From the NCBI GenBank assembly GCA_964252035.1, contig CAXUOO010000302.1: a stretch of 64,000 nucleotides of DNA; one strand, 5' to 3'. The notes beneath the pieces were generated by a model that saw only the letters and a program-made list of their open reading frames with translations, searched no databases and was not told the origin of the DNA. Shown here piece by piece: positions 24,321 to 37,789 of this stretch. The stretch comes from Podarcis erhardii. Its lineage: Eukaryota. A program made the translations under genes and the position numbers. How positions within the stretch are numbered: the stretch's first letter is position 1; each line of letters opens with the position of its first letter.

Positions 24321-27300
24321 GTGCAAGGCTTGACTACTTGATTGTCTGTACAAATGAACATAACATTAGAATAGAGTAAAAGGAATTTTTTTTTTTTTCA
24401 TGCCGCATTACGTCTATTGCAAGCCGCGTGGCTGAGACTGTGACTTCAAAACGTGAAGCCATTGCAAACTATTTCATCTGCGTTGGAAGATCAGATATCG
24501 TTGTAGCAGTGCAGGTCTATCCGGAAACCTGGGTGTAGGAGAGAGTGAACAAAACTGCAGAATACTGGAGCACTATTTTCGTTAAGTGGCATTACCTTTA
24601 TTAAAGGCTGTAAGATTGAAAATTTAAATTTGGACCTGTCCCGTGCAGCACGGTGTTGATACACGCAATTTTTGTGAGGTGTTGCACACGGCAGGCATAG
24701 GAAAACTTCGCGTTGAACGCTAGATTGCTCATTGATCACGGAAGACAGCATTATATTTATATATTTTTGTTTTATATCGTAGCATGTGTTTCTCTGCAGA
24801 CACCGCATTAGACAGCTCAAATGTACATAGATTCGGGTTGAAATAGTGCAGATTAGGGTTTCAAATATATAGTTCTAGACAGTCAAGCATGGGGCACATT
24901 TTTGTATTTTGCAGCATCGATGAAAAGTTGCAAAGGAGCATGATGAAAGATGGAATTTCACAATAGATATTCTGTGTTAGCCAGAGGCTAGATCTTTTCT
25001 AGCAAAGCATAAAGCGACTAGTTCATTGTGTTAATAAATGAACATAGCATCAGCATTACCTATATTGCACGTTGCTCTGTCGAGTGTGTGCTTTAGCATG
25101 CATGCAGCACCTTTTTCAACACTGCAGTAACACTGCACTAAATGTGAGCGGCTAGACACCAGCGATGACGAAGGCGAGTATGGCAAATGAGATTGACTGT
25201 GCTATGTGAGTGCCAGGATTTCTGTACAAATTCATGGTCTGACTACAGGATTGCCTTCACAAGTGACCGTACCATCAGAGGAAATTAGTAATGTATCAAT
25301 TCAAGGCGCTCTATTTCTAATTCAGGCTGCTTGGTTGAGGTTGTGATTGTAGAACGTGAGCCATGAAGCACAATTTCGGACAAGTCGCTAAATTTTTTCA
25401 AAAGATGCACAGCAGCCTTATCAAAAGTATGCTTTGTAAAATTGAGTTTATGCTATGTAGAATTTGGCACTTTTCTCGCAGAGCACTGTCTGTTTATTGG
25501 ATTGCTTTAACATGTGAAAACAGCATCAGAGTGAAAGAAACCCATCTTTTTTCATACCTATGTTTCCTACTGCTCACTACGCAGTCGAAGCATACTCTCG
25601 AAATGTGATCCGCAAAAAACACTTTTGATCTTTTCAGCATTTATAAGACGTTGCACAGCGGCAGTTTCACATGTTGCATTGCAATCTAAATCTACTGTGT
25701 GAGAGACGGGAGACCGCATTTCTGTCTCAGTGCAGACGTTTACTTTCTTCTAATTTCACAAGTAAACAAAACACTATAATACACTTGGGTACACTTTGTT
25801 AGGTCGAACTTGGTCTTTTTTAGGCTGTGCAAACCAAGACGTAAATCAAGACTTGAGCAGGGCGTCACTTTGTCGATGCTCGCCGTACCTGTGAAGCATT
25901 TCACGACAAGCGTAGTGTAGGCGAGCGTTGAAAACTCACTATTTACTTCATCAAAGAGACACCTTACGAGTAAACGTGTGTTTGATCAAGTTTTTTCGTG
26001 CCTACATATTGTTAAACTAGAATGTAAATCTTTATTCGTACGCCGCGATCCACTTTCTGGAAGCTGTGCGACTGGATATATGTTTAAAGATTGTAAGACG
26101 TGCAGCACGCTCTCAAGTTTGGAGCACAAAAGAAACAATTACACAACAACAGTAACAAAGGCTCTATTGTGACTATATGTGTAAATATTGAACAAGTTCA
26201 TTTGTACAAGAAAAATACAAACTCGGATGTTTCTGACCCTGTGAGACTAGACCTTTGTTAAAATATCTGTCACGTTCTCGGGATTTGATAGTGTGTGTCA
26301 ATTTGAAAAAGCGCATTACGCAACGACCCCAATGACACGTATTCAAAACGATCCTTGTTTGGAAACACATTAATACACTAGGCAACAGAGAACTCTTACG
26401 CTTCTGCCTTTCGTCTATTAATGTGCGGACTACGTCAGGAAAATGGCGCTGGTCAGGGTTACTGGAAAGTTTTGGTGACACGTCAGAGGAAAAGGAAAAA
26501 GTCTGCCTTAGAAAAAAACGCGACTGCGAACCAAGACGTTGGCGTGAAATCTTGCGTAATGCCAACCGCAAGTTGCGAATGTGTACGTCAATCACTTTAT
26601 ACTGTTTTCTTCTGTTTGCAAACAGCGAGCACTGAAGATTTCGCTAACCGTTTTGTTAAAGCATCCGCACAATTTGTTTTTTAGAACCGGCAGTCAAAAA
26701 ACGACTTACACATGAAACACTTTCTTTTTCTCTTCGACAGTGTTCGAGGCTCAAATCGTTCACAATATGCTAAATCACACGTGTAAACACAAGGGCGCCT
26801 TTTTCTCACAGTGCAGTTTTCTCCAAGTTTATACATCTCGAGCACCTGGAAAATGTGTATACAGATCGCTTATATAGATTGTTTTCAAAGAAAAAATTCT
26901 TCAGCTGACTGGCGTACCTATTTTCTAGAGTGTAGACACAGATTGACTGTATTACAGAGGAGATAGCTATACATTCAGGGTGCATGTTTGACTACTTGAT
27001 TGTCCTCATAAATATGAAAATGCAAGAGGATGAGGCAGAAGGCTTTTCTTCCAAGACGCGTTACCTTATTGCAAGCTGCATAGTTGATGCTTAAGTGTGA
27101 GGAACTCAACTGTGAAGCATACTTTCGGAGACGCACAGCAGCCATTTCAGAAGCTCACAATGAGATTAGACTAATTGTGATGCATGCAAAGCAGTCATTT
27201 TTTATATGTAGCTGTGCAGAGTCCGAATATTATGGATTCTTACAAGTGGAGAGAATAATATGAGCCTCTATCTGTCAAGTTGCATCACTTCTTTCTTTAA

Positions 27301-30300
27301 AAATCTTAAAATCCATTTATTGAAAAGAGATCATAGCTTTGCAGCACAATTTTGAAGTTTGCAATAGTCGAGGAGTGTTGCACAGCAGAAATGGTATAAG
27401 CTTGCGCTGAACTCAGGTAGATCGTGGTTCACGGTAAAGTGAATCTAAAATATATTGAACCTTTTTTTTCACAAGTCGCCGGTGTTCTTCTGCAGAAACG
27501 GCACGAAAGAAGACCAAATTTCCTCTAAGGCGTGTAGTTACTGCAGACTTTGCTGTTAATTGTATACATTCAGGCAGTGAGAATTCGAGATCACGTTTGT
27601 AGTTTGCAGCATCTACAAAGTTTGCAAGACGAAAAATTCGTAAAAAAAAATTCCAGATTAAAACTCCTGCGCTATATGAAAGTGGAAATGCTTTTCAAAA
27701 ATGTGAATTTTTCCATTGGCTGGATTCACATATAGACACAGCCACAGCATCACGTCCACTGCAAGATACTCTGTTCAATGTATGCCTTTAGAGCGTGAGC
27801 CGTTCAGTACATTCTCGACTATTGCAATATTCATAGAAGGCTGCCTCAAAACCTTTGCAGAAACATGCACCTATGAGACCACGCGTCGTCAAATGTTTTG
27901 CACTGTCCTGATGATAGTGCAGGCCAGAAAGCAAAATACTACTTTAAAGAAGAAAGAGTGAAAGGAGACGTTTGCTTGACGTCTCGCGCACTGCCAAGCC
28001 CAAGTTGAAAAACGTATTCTGTATATTTGAACTACTCTGTCTTCGAACAGCAAGCAATGGAAAATTTAGCTGACGGTTCGCTAAAAACTCCGCACGCTCT
28101 GATTTTTAAACGGCTGTCGAGAGACGACTCGCACATGGAAGTCTTGCATTCTCTTCTTTACAATGCGCAACCCCTTCACAAATCGCCACACACAAGTAGT
28201 GTAGGCAAGAGTCTGTCCGTCTTACACAGTGCAGCACCACATGTGTTCACATCTTGAGTACCAAAAAAATGCGATTGTTAATTACTTACCCATCTCTCTT
28301 CTAGAAAATTAATTCTTTGACGTACCAGATTCATACATTATGAGAAATATGATTAGAACTTGATTACGTGTATCGCAGACATATAACGTATATTCATTGT
28401 GTTAGTTGAGGGAAGAATTTTTGAGGCATTCATTGCATGATGTGACTACTTGATTGCCTTTACAAGTGCACAAAGGATGAAAATAGAGTAGAAAGCTTTT
28501 TCTTCATGCCGTATTACTTCTCTTGCAGACTGCGTGATTGAGACTGTGACTTCAGGACGTGAAGCCATTCTAGAGGCTCGCGTTGCCAGCCAGACCATCT
28601 GATTTGAAGAATGAGATACCGCTGTAGCAGTGCATTATAAATGGATTACCAGGTAGGTGAGAGAGTGACCAAAGCAGAAGAATAGTAGAAAATTATTTGT
28701 GTCAATTTCATCAATCAAAATAAGAAATCAGAATCTAAGCCGTGCAGCACGCTCTTAGTGCTCGCGGCTTTTTTATGAAGTGTTGCACACGGCATGCCTA
28801 GAAACTGCGCGTTGAACACTATGTCGCTGGTTCATCACGGAAGACAGCATCCTATTCACTTTGTGTTTTCTATCTTAGCGTGTGTTTTTGTGCAAAAACC
28901 ACATTAGACAGAATAAATGTACTTAGCTCCGGGCCTGTTGCATATAGTATTAGACAGTGAAACATTGGGCACATTTCAGTATTTCGCAGCATCGATGAGA
29001 AGTTGCAAAGCAGCACGTTGAAAGAGGGAATATCACACTGGATATCTGTGTTAGACGGAGGCTAGATCTTTTCTAGCAAAGCATAAATCGACTAGTTTAT
29101 TGTGTTGATAAATGAACATGGCAGCAGCATTATCTCCATTGCTGGATGCTCTGTCGATTGTGTGCTTTAGCATGAGCCCTGCAGCATTTTTTTCAACACT
29201 GCAGTACATCTGAGTGGTTAGACACCAGCGACGACGAAGGCGAGCACGGCAAGAAAGACTTAATTGTACTATGTGAACGCGAGATCTCTTTTCTAAAATT
29301 GAGAGTTGACTACATGATTGCCTTTACAAGTGACCGTAGCACCAGAAGAAAGTAGAACTGTTTCAATTCAAGGCGCCCTATTTCTGATTCAAGCTGCTTG
29401 GTTGAGAATGTGATTGTAGACAGTAAGCCGTGAAGCACAATTTCGGAAAATTCATTGATTTGGTTAGAGTTTGCACAGCTGCCTTATCAAAAACCTGCTT
29501 TCTAAAGCTGATTTACAATGTTACAAAAACTGGCACTTTTCTCGCAGGGCACGGTTTGTGTACTGGAATGCTTCCACATGTGAAAACAGCATCAGAGTGA
29601 AAGAAACCCATCTTTTTTCATACCTATGTTTCCTACTGCTCACTACGCAGTCGAATTGAACGCTCAACATGAGAGACGCAGAGCACACTTTCGACCTTTT
29701 CAGCATTTATAAGACGTTGCACAGCGGCAGTTTCACACGCTGCATTGCAATCTAAATCTACTGTGTGAGAGACGGGAGACCGCATTTCTGTCTCAGTGCA
29801 GACGCTTACTTTCTTCTAATTTCACAAGTAAACAAAACACTATAATACACTTGGGTACACTTTGTTAGGTCGAACATAGTCTTTTTTAGGCTGTGCAAAC
29901 CAAGACGTAAATCAGGACTCGAGCAGGGCGTCACTTTGTCGATGCTCGCCGTACCTGTGAAGCATTTCACGACAAGCGTAGTGTAGGCGAGCGTTGAAAA
30001 CTCACTATTTACTTCATCAAAGAGACACCTTACGAGACAGCGTGTGTTTAACCAAGTTTTTTCGTGCCTACATATTGGTTATACTAGAATGTAAATCTTT
30101 ATTCGTACGCCGCGATCCACTTCTGTAAGCTGTGCGACTGGATATATGTTTAAAGATTGTAAGACGTGCAGCACGCTCTCAAGTTTGGAGCACAAAAGAA
30201 ACAATTACACAACAACAGTAACAAAGGCTCTATTGTGACTATATGTGTAAATATTGAACAAGTTCATTTGTACAGGAAAATACAAACTCGGATGTTTCTG

Positions 30301-33300
30301 ACCCTGTGAGACTAGACCTTTGTTAAAATATCTGTCACGTTCTCGGGATTTGAGAGTGTGTGTTGATTTAAAAAAAACACGTTGCCAACAACTCCAGTCA
30401 ACACGATACTTGTCTAGAAACACATTATTACAATATGCGACGGAAAGCGTTTACGCTTCTGTCTTTCTCCTTACATTGATATATGCGGACCATGTCAGCA
30501 ATCTGGTGCTGATCAGGGTCACTGAAAAGTCTTGGTTTTACGTCAAACGAAAAAGAAAAAGACGACCTTTAAAAAAAACACAAGTCCAAACCGAGACTCT
30601 TACGTAAACATTTGCGCTATGGATCGCGAAGGGTTTGTACATCAATCACTTTATACCGTTTTATTCTGTTTTCAAACAGCGAGCGCTGACTTTTCCACTG
30701 CCCATCCTATTGATGCATCCGCACAATTTTTTTTTTGCACCGGCGCTGAATAAACGACTCACACATGAAACAGTTTCTCTCTCCCTTTAACATTGTTCAC
30801 AACACAGCTTTTCACAACATGCAGAATCAAATGTGTAAACGCAAAGGCGCCCTTTTCACACAGTGAAATTTTTTTTCCCAGTGTATACATCTTGAGTACC
30901 TGAAAAATGTGTATACAGATCGCTTGACCATATTGTTTTCAAGACAAAATGTCTTCACTTGACAGGCGTTCCTATTTCGTAGATCTGCAACACAGATTGA
31001 CTGTGCTACACGAGAGATAAATATACATTGACGGTGCAGGATTGACTTCTTAATTCTCTTTACAAGCATGAAAATCGCATTAGGATGAGGTAGAAGGCTT
31101 TCCTTCCAAGTCGCTTTATCGTCCTGCAACCTGCCTAGCTGAAGCTGTAGTTCGACAAATTGAGCCGTGGAGCCTTCTTTCGGACATCTCAGTATTCATA
31201 GAAACATGCAAAGAAGCCAATGCAGAAGCTCTGGTAGAGATGTAGACAAATTGTGATGCGCAGAAAGAAGATATTTTTCAATATGTAGCTGTGCATTCTC
31301 CGAATGTCATGCATTTTTACAATGCAACAGTGTACAGCAGAATATCAGGAGACACTTTTTATCAAGTCGCATCACATTCATCAATGACTATGCCCTTATT
31401 GATTTTGGACTTAAGCTTTGCAGCACAACTTTCGATTTCGCGGTATTTGAGAACTGCTGCTCAACAGAGATGGTGTACACTTGCGCTACACACTATGTAG
31501 CTTCTAGTTCACGGTAGAGAGCATTTCATAACTTTAACATAGTTTCACTAGGTGGCTGGTGTTCTTCTCTACACACGCCACTAAGCAAGACCAATTGTTT
31601 CTCTAGGGCGTGTAGATAGTGCAGACTCCGCTGTCAATTGTTCACATTCAGACGGTGAGACTTCAAGAACAAATTTGTAACAGCGTCTACAAATTCTGCA
31701 AAACGGACACATTTCATAGAACCGAGCTTCGAAATGAAAAGTTTTTCGCGAGTTAAAAAAGAGCATGGCGTGAATCCTCTACCTGATTGGAACTAAACGC
31801 AGCAACAGCATTACGTTTGTTGCAGGCGGCTTGGTTTATTGTATGCCTTTAGAAAGTGAGCCGTGCAGCACATTCTAGACCATTGCATTACCTACAGAAG
31901 GCTGCCCCAAAACTGTTGCGCAATCTCGCATATATGAGAACACGCGTCGTAAAATGTTCTGCAATATCCTGATGATAGTGCAGGCGAAAAAGCAAGACAC
32001 GAAATTTAGAAGATACAAAAGAGTAAAAAGAGACATTGGCCTGACGTCTTGCGCATTGCCGAGCAATATTTGAAAAAACATATCCTACGCTCATTGTATT
32101 ACTCTGTCTTTTAAATAGTAAGCACTGGACCATTTAGCTGACGATTCCGCTGAAGACTTTGCACGCTTTGCTTTCTAAAAGGCAGTCCATAAACGACTCG
32201 CACATGAGATTTTTTCACTCTCTTTTTTGTCGTGGTACTATGCGCAACCCCCTCACAAAGCGCCTCACCACAAGTAGTGTAGGCACGGGTGTGTCCGTCT
32301 TACGCAGTGTAACATCACATGTGCATATAACTCGAGTATTTGAAAAATGCGTATGCTGATCACTTACCCATGCCTCTTTATTTTTCTCTCATTCAGTGCA
32401 TGCTTTGATTACTTGATTATCTTTACATGTGAACAAAGCATTTGAAAAAAGTAGATGGATTTTTCTCATGCCGCATTACGTCTACTGCAGTCTGCGTGGT
32501 AAAAACGATAGCTTCAGGACGAGAAGCTCGCGTTGCCAATTAGACAATCTGCGTTGAGAGAAACCAGATATCGCTGTTGCAGTGCATTATTAGTCGAGCG
32601 ACTGGGTAGTTTCGAGAGTGAAAAAAGCAGTAGAGTAATAAAAAATCATTTTCGTCAACTTTATCAGATCGAATTAAGCAATCAGAACCTGAGTCGTGCA
32701 GCACGGTCTTGGTGATCGCGGTATTTGTGAAGTGTTGCACACGGCAGGCATGTAAAAAGCGTCGCGCTGAACGCCAGGTCGCTGGCTGATCACCGAAGGC
32801 AGTATCCTATATTCACTTTGTGTTTTTTTATTTTAGCGTGTGTTTTGTGCAACCACCACATTAGGAAGATCAAATGTACTGAGCCTTGGGCCTGTTGCAA
32901 ATAATGCAGACTGCGGTATTGATTATATAGTTCTAGACAGTGAAACATGGGGCACATTTCCATGTTTTGCAGCACCAATGGAAAGTTGCAAAGCAGCATC
33001 TTAAAAGATGGAATAACACACTAGATATTCTGTGCTAGACAAAGGCACCAACCTTTCTAGAAACGCATAAATCGACTAGTTCATTGTGTTCATAAGTGAA
33101 CATAGCATTAGCATTATCTGGATTGCGTGCTGCTCGGACGAATGTCTGCGATGACGAAGGCGAGCATTGCAAATGAGATGGGCTGTGCTACGTGTGTGCC
33201 AGAATTTCTGTACAAAGTCATGGTTTGACTACATGGCTGCCTTCACAAATGACTGTAACATCAGGAAAAAGTAACTGTGTTTTAATCCAAGGCGCTCTAT

Positions 33301-36300
33301 TTCTGATTCAGGATGCGTGGTTGAGAATGGGATTGTAGACAGTAAGCCGTGAAGAACACATTCGGACAAGTGATTAGTTCTTTGAAGGTTGCATAGCAGA
33401 TTTATCAAAGCCATGGTTTGTAAATTTGTTTTACTATGCTACGTAGAATCCGGCACTTTTCTTGCAGGGCACTGTGTATGTATTGGATTGCTTCTACATC
33501 TGAAAACAGCTTTTCTGTGAAGAAACCCATATTTATCCATACTTATGTTCTCTGCTGCATACTACGCAGTCGCTGTGAGCCGCAAAGCGCACTTTCGATC
33601 TCTTCAGCATCTATAAAACGTTGAAAAACAGCATTTTCACAGTCGCCGTTTTAAACTAATTCTACTGTTTGAGAGGTGGGAGACAGCGTTTCTGTCGCAT
33701 TGCAGACGTTTACTTTCTTCTAATTTCACAAGTAAACAAAACACTATAATACACTTGGGTACACTTTGTTAGGTCGAACTTGGTCTTTTTTAGGCTGTGC
33801 AAACCAAGACGTAAATCAGGACTCGAGCAGGGCGTCACTTTGTCGATGCTCGCCGTACCTGTGAAGCATTTCACGACAAGCGTAGTGTAGGCGAGCGTTG
33901 AAAACTCACTATTTACTTCATCAAAGAGACACCTTACGAGTAAACGTGTGTTTGATCAAGTTTTTTCGTGCCTACATAGTGTTAAACTAGAATGTAAATC
34001 TTTATTCGTACGCCGCGATCCACTTTTTGGAAGCTGTGCGACTGCATGTATGTTTAAAGATTGTAAGACGTGCAGCACGCTCTCAAGTTTGGAGCTCAAA
34101 AGAAACAATTACACAACAACCATAAAAAAGGCTCTATTGTGACTATATGTGTAAATATTGAACAAGTTCATTTGTACAGGAAAATACAAACTCGGATGTT
34201 TCTGACCCTGTGAGACTAGACCTTTGTCAAAATATCTGTTACGTTCTCGGGATTTGGTATTGTGTGATGATTTAAAAAAAAAACACGTTAAGCAACGAAT
34301 CCAGTCAACACGGTACTTGTTTAGAAACACATTATTACAATATGCGACGGAAAGCGTTTACGCTTCTGTATTTCTCCTTACATTAATATATGCGGACCAT
34401 GTCAGCAATCTGGTGCTGATCAGGGTTACTGGAAAGTCATGGTATTGAGTCAAGCAAACAACGAAAAAGACTACCTTGTAAGAAAACGGAAGAGCAAACG
34501 AAAGCACTGGCGTGAAATCTTGCGCTCTGCCATGCGCGCTTGAGAAATGTTCGTCAATCACTTTATACTATTTTTTTCTGTTTTCAAACAGCGAGCACTG
34601 ACGTTTCCGCAGTCCCTTCTATTGATGCATCCGCACAATTTTTTTTTGCACCGGCGGTGAATAAACGACTCACACATAAAACAGTTTCTCTCTCCCTTCA
34701 GCGTTGTTCACAACGCAGCTTTTCACAATATGCAGGATCATAAATGTAAACACAAGGGCGCCCTTTTCACACAGTGAAATGTTTTTCCAGTGTATACATC
34801 TTGAGTATTCTAAAACTGTGTATACAGGCCGCTTATTCACATTGTTTGCAGGAGAAGATCTCTGCGCTTGACTGGCGTACCTATTTTTTTTAGATCTGTA
34901 GCACAGGTTGATTGTACTACATGAGAGATAAATCTACACTAAGGGTGCGTAATTTGACTACTTGATTGACATTACAGGTATACACACCGCACTAAGATGA
35001 GTTAGAAAGCCTTCCTTCAGAGCCGCATTAACCTATTGAAGCTGCGTAGTTGAAGCTGTGATTTGAGGAGTTGACCCGTGAAGCGTACATTTGCACATCT
35101 CAGTATTCATAAAACTATGCAACATCCATTGCAGAAGCTTGAATGGAGATGTAGACTCATTCTGATGCGCAGGAAGGATAATAGTTTTTATATGTAGCTG
35201 TGCATAATCCGAAAACCGGAATATGATTACGAGGCAGAATGTACATTAAAATAGTATGAGACTCTTTTTGTCAAGTCACAGCACCTTCATTGAAAACGTC
35301 TTGTTATTGACTTTAGACTCGAGCACTGCAGGACAATTGTGATATTTGCATCTTTGAGAAGTGTTGCACAGCAGAAATGGTATAAGCTAGCGTTGAGCAC
35401 TAAGTAGCTTGTAGTTCACGGTAGAGAGCATTATACATATATTGAAACTTGTTTTGATAAGAAGCTGGTATTCTTCTCCAGAGAAGGCATTAAACAAGAC
35501 CAATTTTTCTCTAGGGCGTGTAGATAGTGCAGACTCCGCTGTTAATTGTATACATTCAGGCAGTGAGACTTCGAAAACACTTTAGTAATTTGCGCCCTCT
35601 ACAAATTTTGCAAAACAGAAAAATTTCGTACAACCGAGGTTCAAAATGAATCTTCTGTGTAATTAGGAAAACAGCACTTTCTCTAGCAAGGCGTGGATCT
35701 CCTACTTGATTGGAATCACCTGTAGACACAGCAGCAGCATTACGTCCATTGCAGGCTGCTCTGTATAATGCATTTCTTTAGAATGTGAGCCGTGCAGTAC
35801 ATTCTCGACCATTGCACTACGTATTAGGTGGCTGCACAACAACCGTTGTGCAAGGTTGCATTTTAAAGACCACACGCCGTCAAAGTCTGTGCAGTGTCCC
35901 GATGATAGTGCAGGCCAGAAAGAAAAGTACGACTTTAGAAGAAAAAAAAAGTGAGAAAGGGACACTGGACTGACATCTAGCGCATTGCCTAGTGAAATTT
36001 GATAAAATTTATTCTACGCACTTTGTATTATTCTGTCTTTTGAATAGCAAGCACTCAACGATATAGCTGTCGGTTTCGCTGAAGACTCCGCAAGCTTTGC
36101 TTTCTAAATGGCAGTCGATAAACGACTCACACCTCACAAAGCGCCACACCACATGTAGTGTAGGCACGAGTGTGTCCGTCTTATACAGTGCAGCACCACT
36201 TGTGTTTACATCTTGAGTACCTAAAAAATGCGTATGCGGATCACTTACATATCTCTTTTTCAAAAAATGATTTCCTTGGTTTACCAAAGTCATGCATTAT

Positions 36301-37789
36301 GAGGAGAATGACTGGAACCTGATTACATGTCTTGTAGAATTATAAAGTAGATATACTGTGCTAGATGGAGGGCAAAATTTTTGTCGCTATCAGTGCATGG
36401 TTTGACTACTTAATTGTCTTTACGAGTGAACAAACCAGTTGAATAGTGTAGATGGATTTTTCTGCATGCCGCATTACGGCTATTGCTGGCTGTGTGGTTG
36501 AGACTGTGACATTAGAACGTTATGCCATTTTAGAAGCTCGCACTGCAAACTATTCTATCTGCGTTGAGAAAAAACCAGTCATTTTTACAGCAGTGCATGC
36601 TGATCCAGGTACCTGGGTGTATTGAAGAATGAAAAGAAAAGTAGAATACCAGAACACTGTTTTCGTCAAGTGGCTTTACTTTTACTGCAGGCTGTGAGAC
36701 AGAATATTTGAATCAAGATTTGACCCGTGCAGCACGGTTTTATCTACGGGATTTGTGAGTCGTTGCACACAGCAGGCATGAGAAAACCTTGCATTGAACT
36801 CTTGGTTGCTTGCTGGTCACGAAACAGAGCATCCTATATTCAGTTTGTGTTTACATAGTAGCGTGTGTATTTCTGCAAACCCTACAATAGACGAAATACT
36901 TGTGCATAGACGTAGGCCTGTTGCAAAAAGTGCGGGGGTAGCTAGTGCATAGATTCTTTACGCAGATTAACTGTAATACCATGAAGATAAATGTACATTG
37001 AGGATGCATGGTCTGACTACTTGATTGTCTTTACGAGTATGGACACAGAACTAAGATAAGATAGAAAACCCTTTTTTCAAGTTGCATTACCGTATTGCAT
37101 GCTTCGTAATTGATGCTGTGATATGAAGAATTGAACCTTGATGCATACATTCGGACATCTCAGTATTCATAGAAACATGCAAAGGCGCCATTTCAGAAGC
37201 CCACATTAAAAATTAAACTAATTGTGATGCCCAAGAAAGAGACATTTCCTCTATGTAGCTGTGAAGAGTTCGAATACCAAGCATTTTCTCAAGGCAGCAA
37301 TGTACAGTAAAATATTTTGAAACTCTTTTTGTCAAGTCGCATCACCTTCATCAATGAGTTTGCCTTATTGGGTTAGGACCTGAGCTTTGCAGCACAATTT
37401 TGAATTTCGCGGTATTTGAGAACTGTTGCCCAACAGAGATGGTGTAGACTTGCGCTAAACACTAGGTAGCTCCTAGTCCACGGTAGAGAGCATTCTATAA
37501 ATCTAACATAATTCCACCAGGTTGCTGGTGTTCTTTTGTAGACGCGGCACTAAACAAGACCGAATTCTCTCTAGGGCATGTCGGTAGTGCAGAGTTCGCT
37601 GTTAATTGTTTACATTCAGAACGTAAGACTTCGGGAACACGTTTGTAATTTGCAGCGTCTCCGAATTCTGCAAGACAGAAGAATTTCGTAGAATCAAGTT
37701 TCAGAATGAATCTGTTGTGTAATTAAGAAAACAGCAATTTCTCTAGCATTTCTTGAACCTTCTACTTGATTGGAATGTAGGCACAGCAA

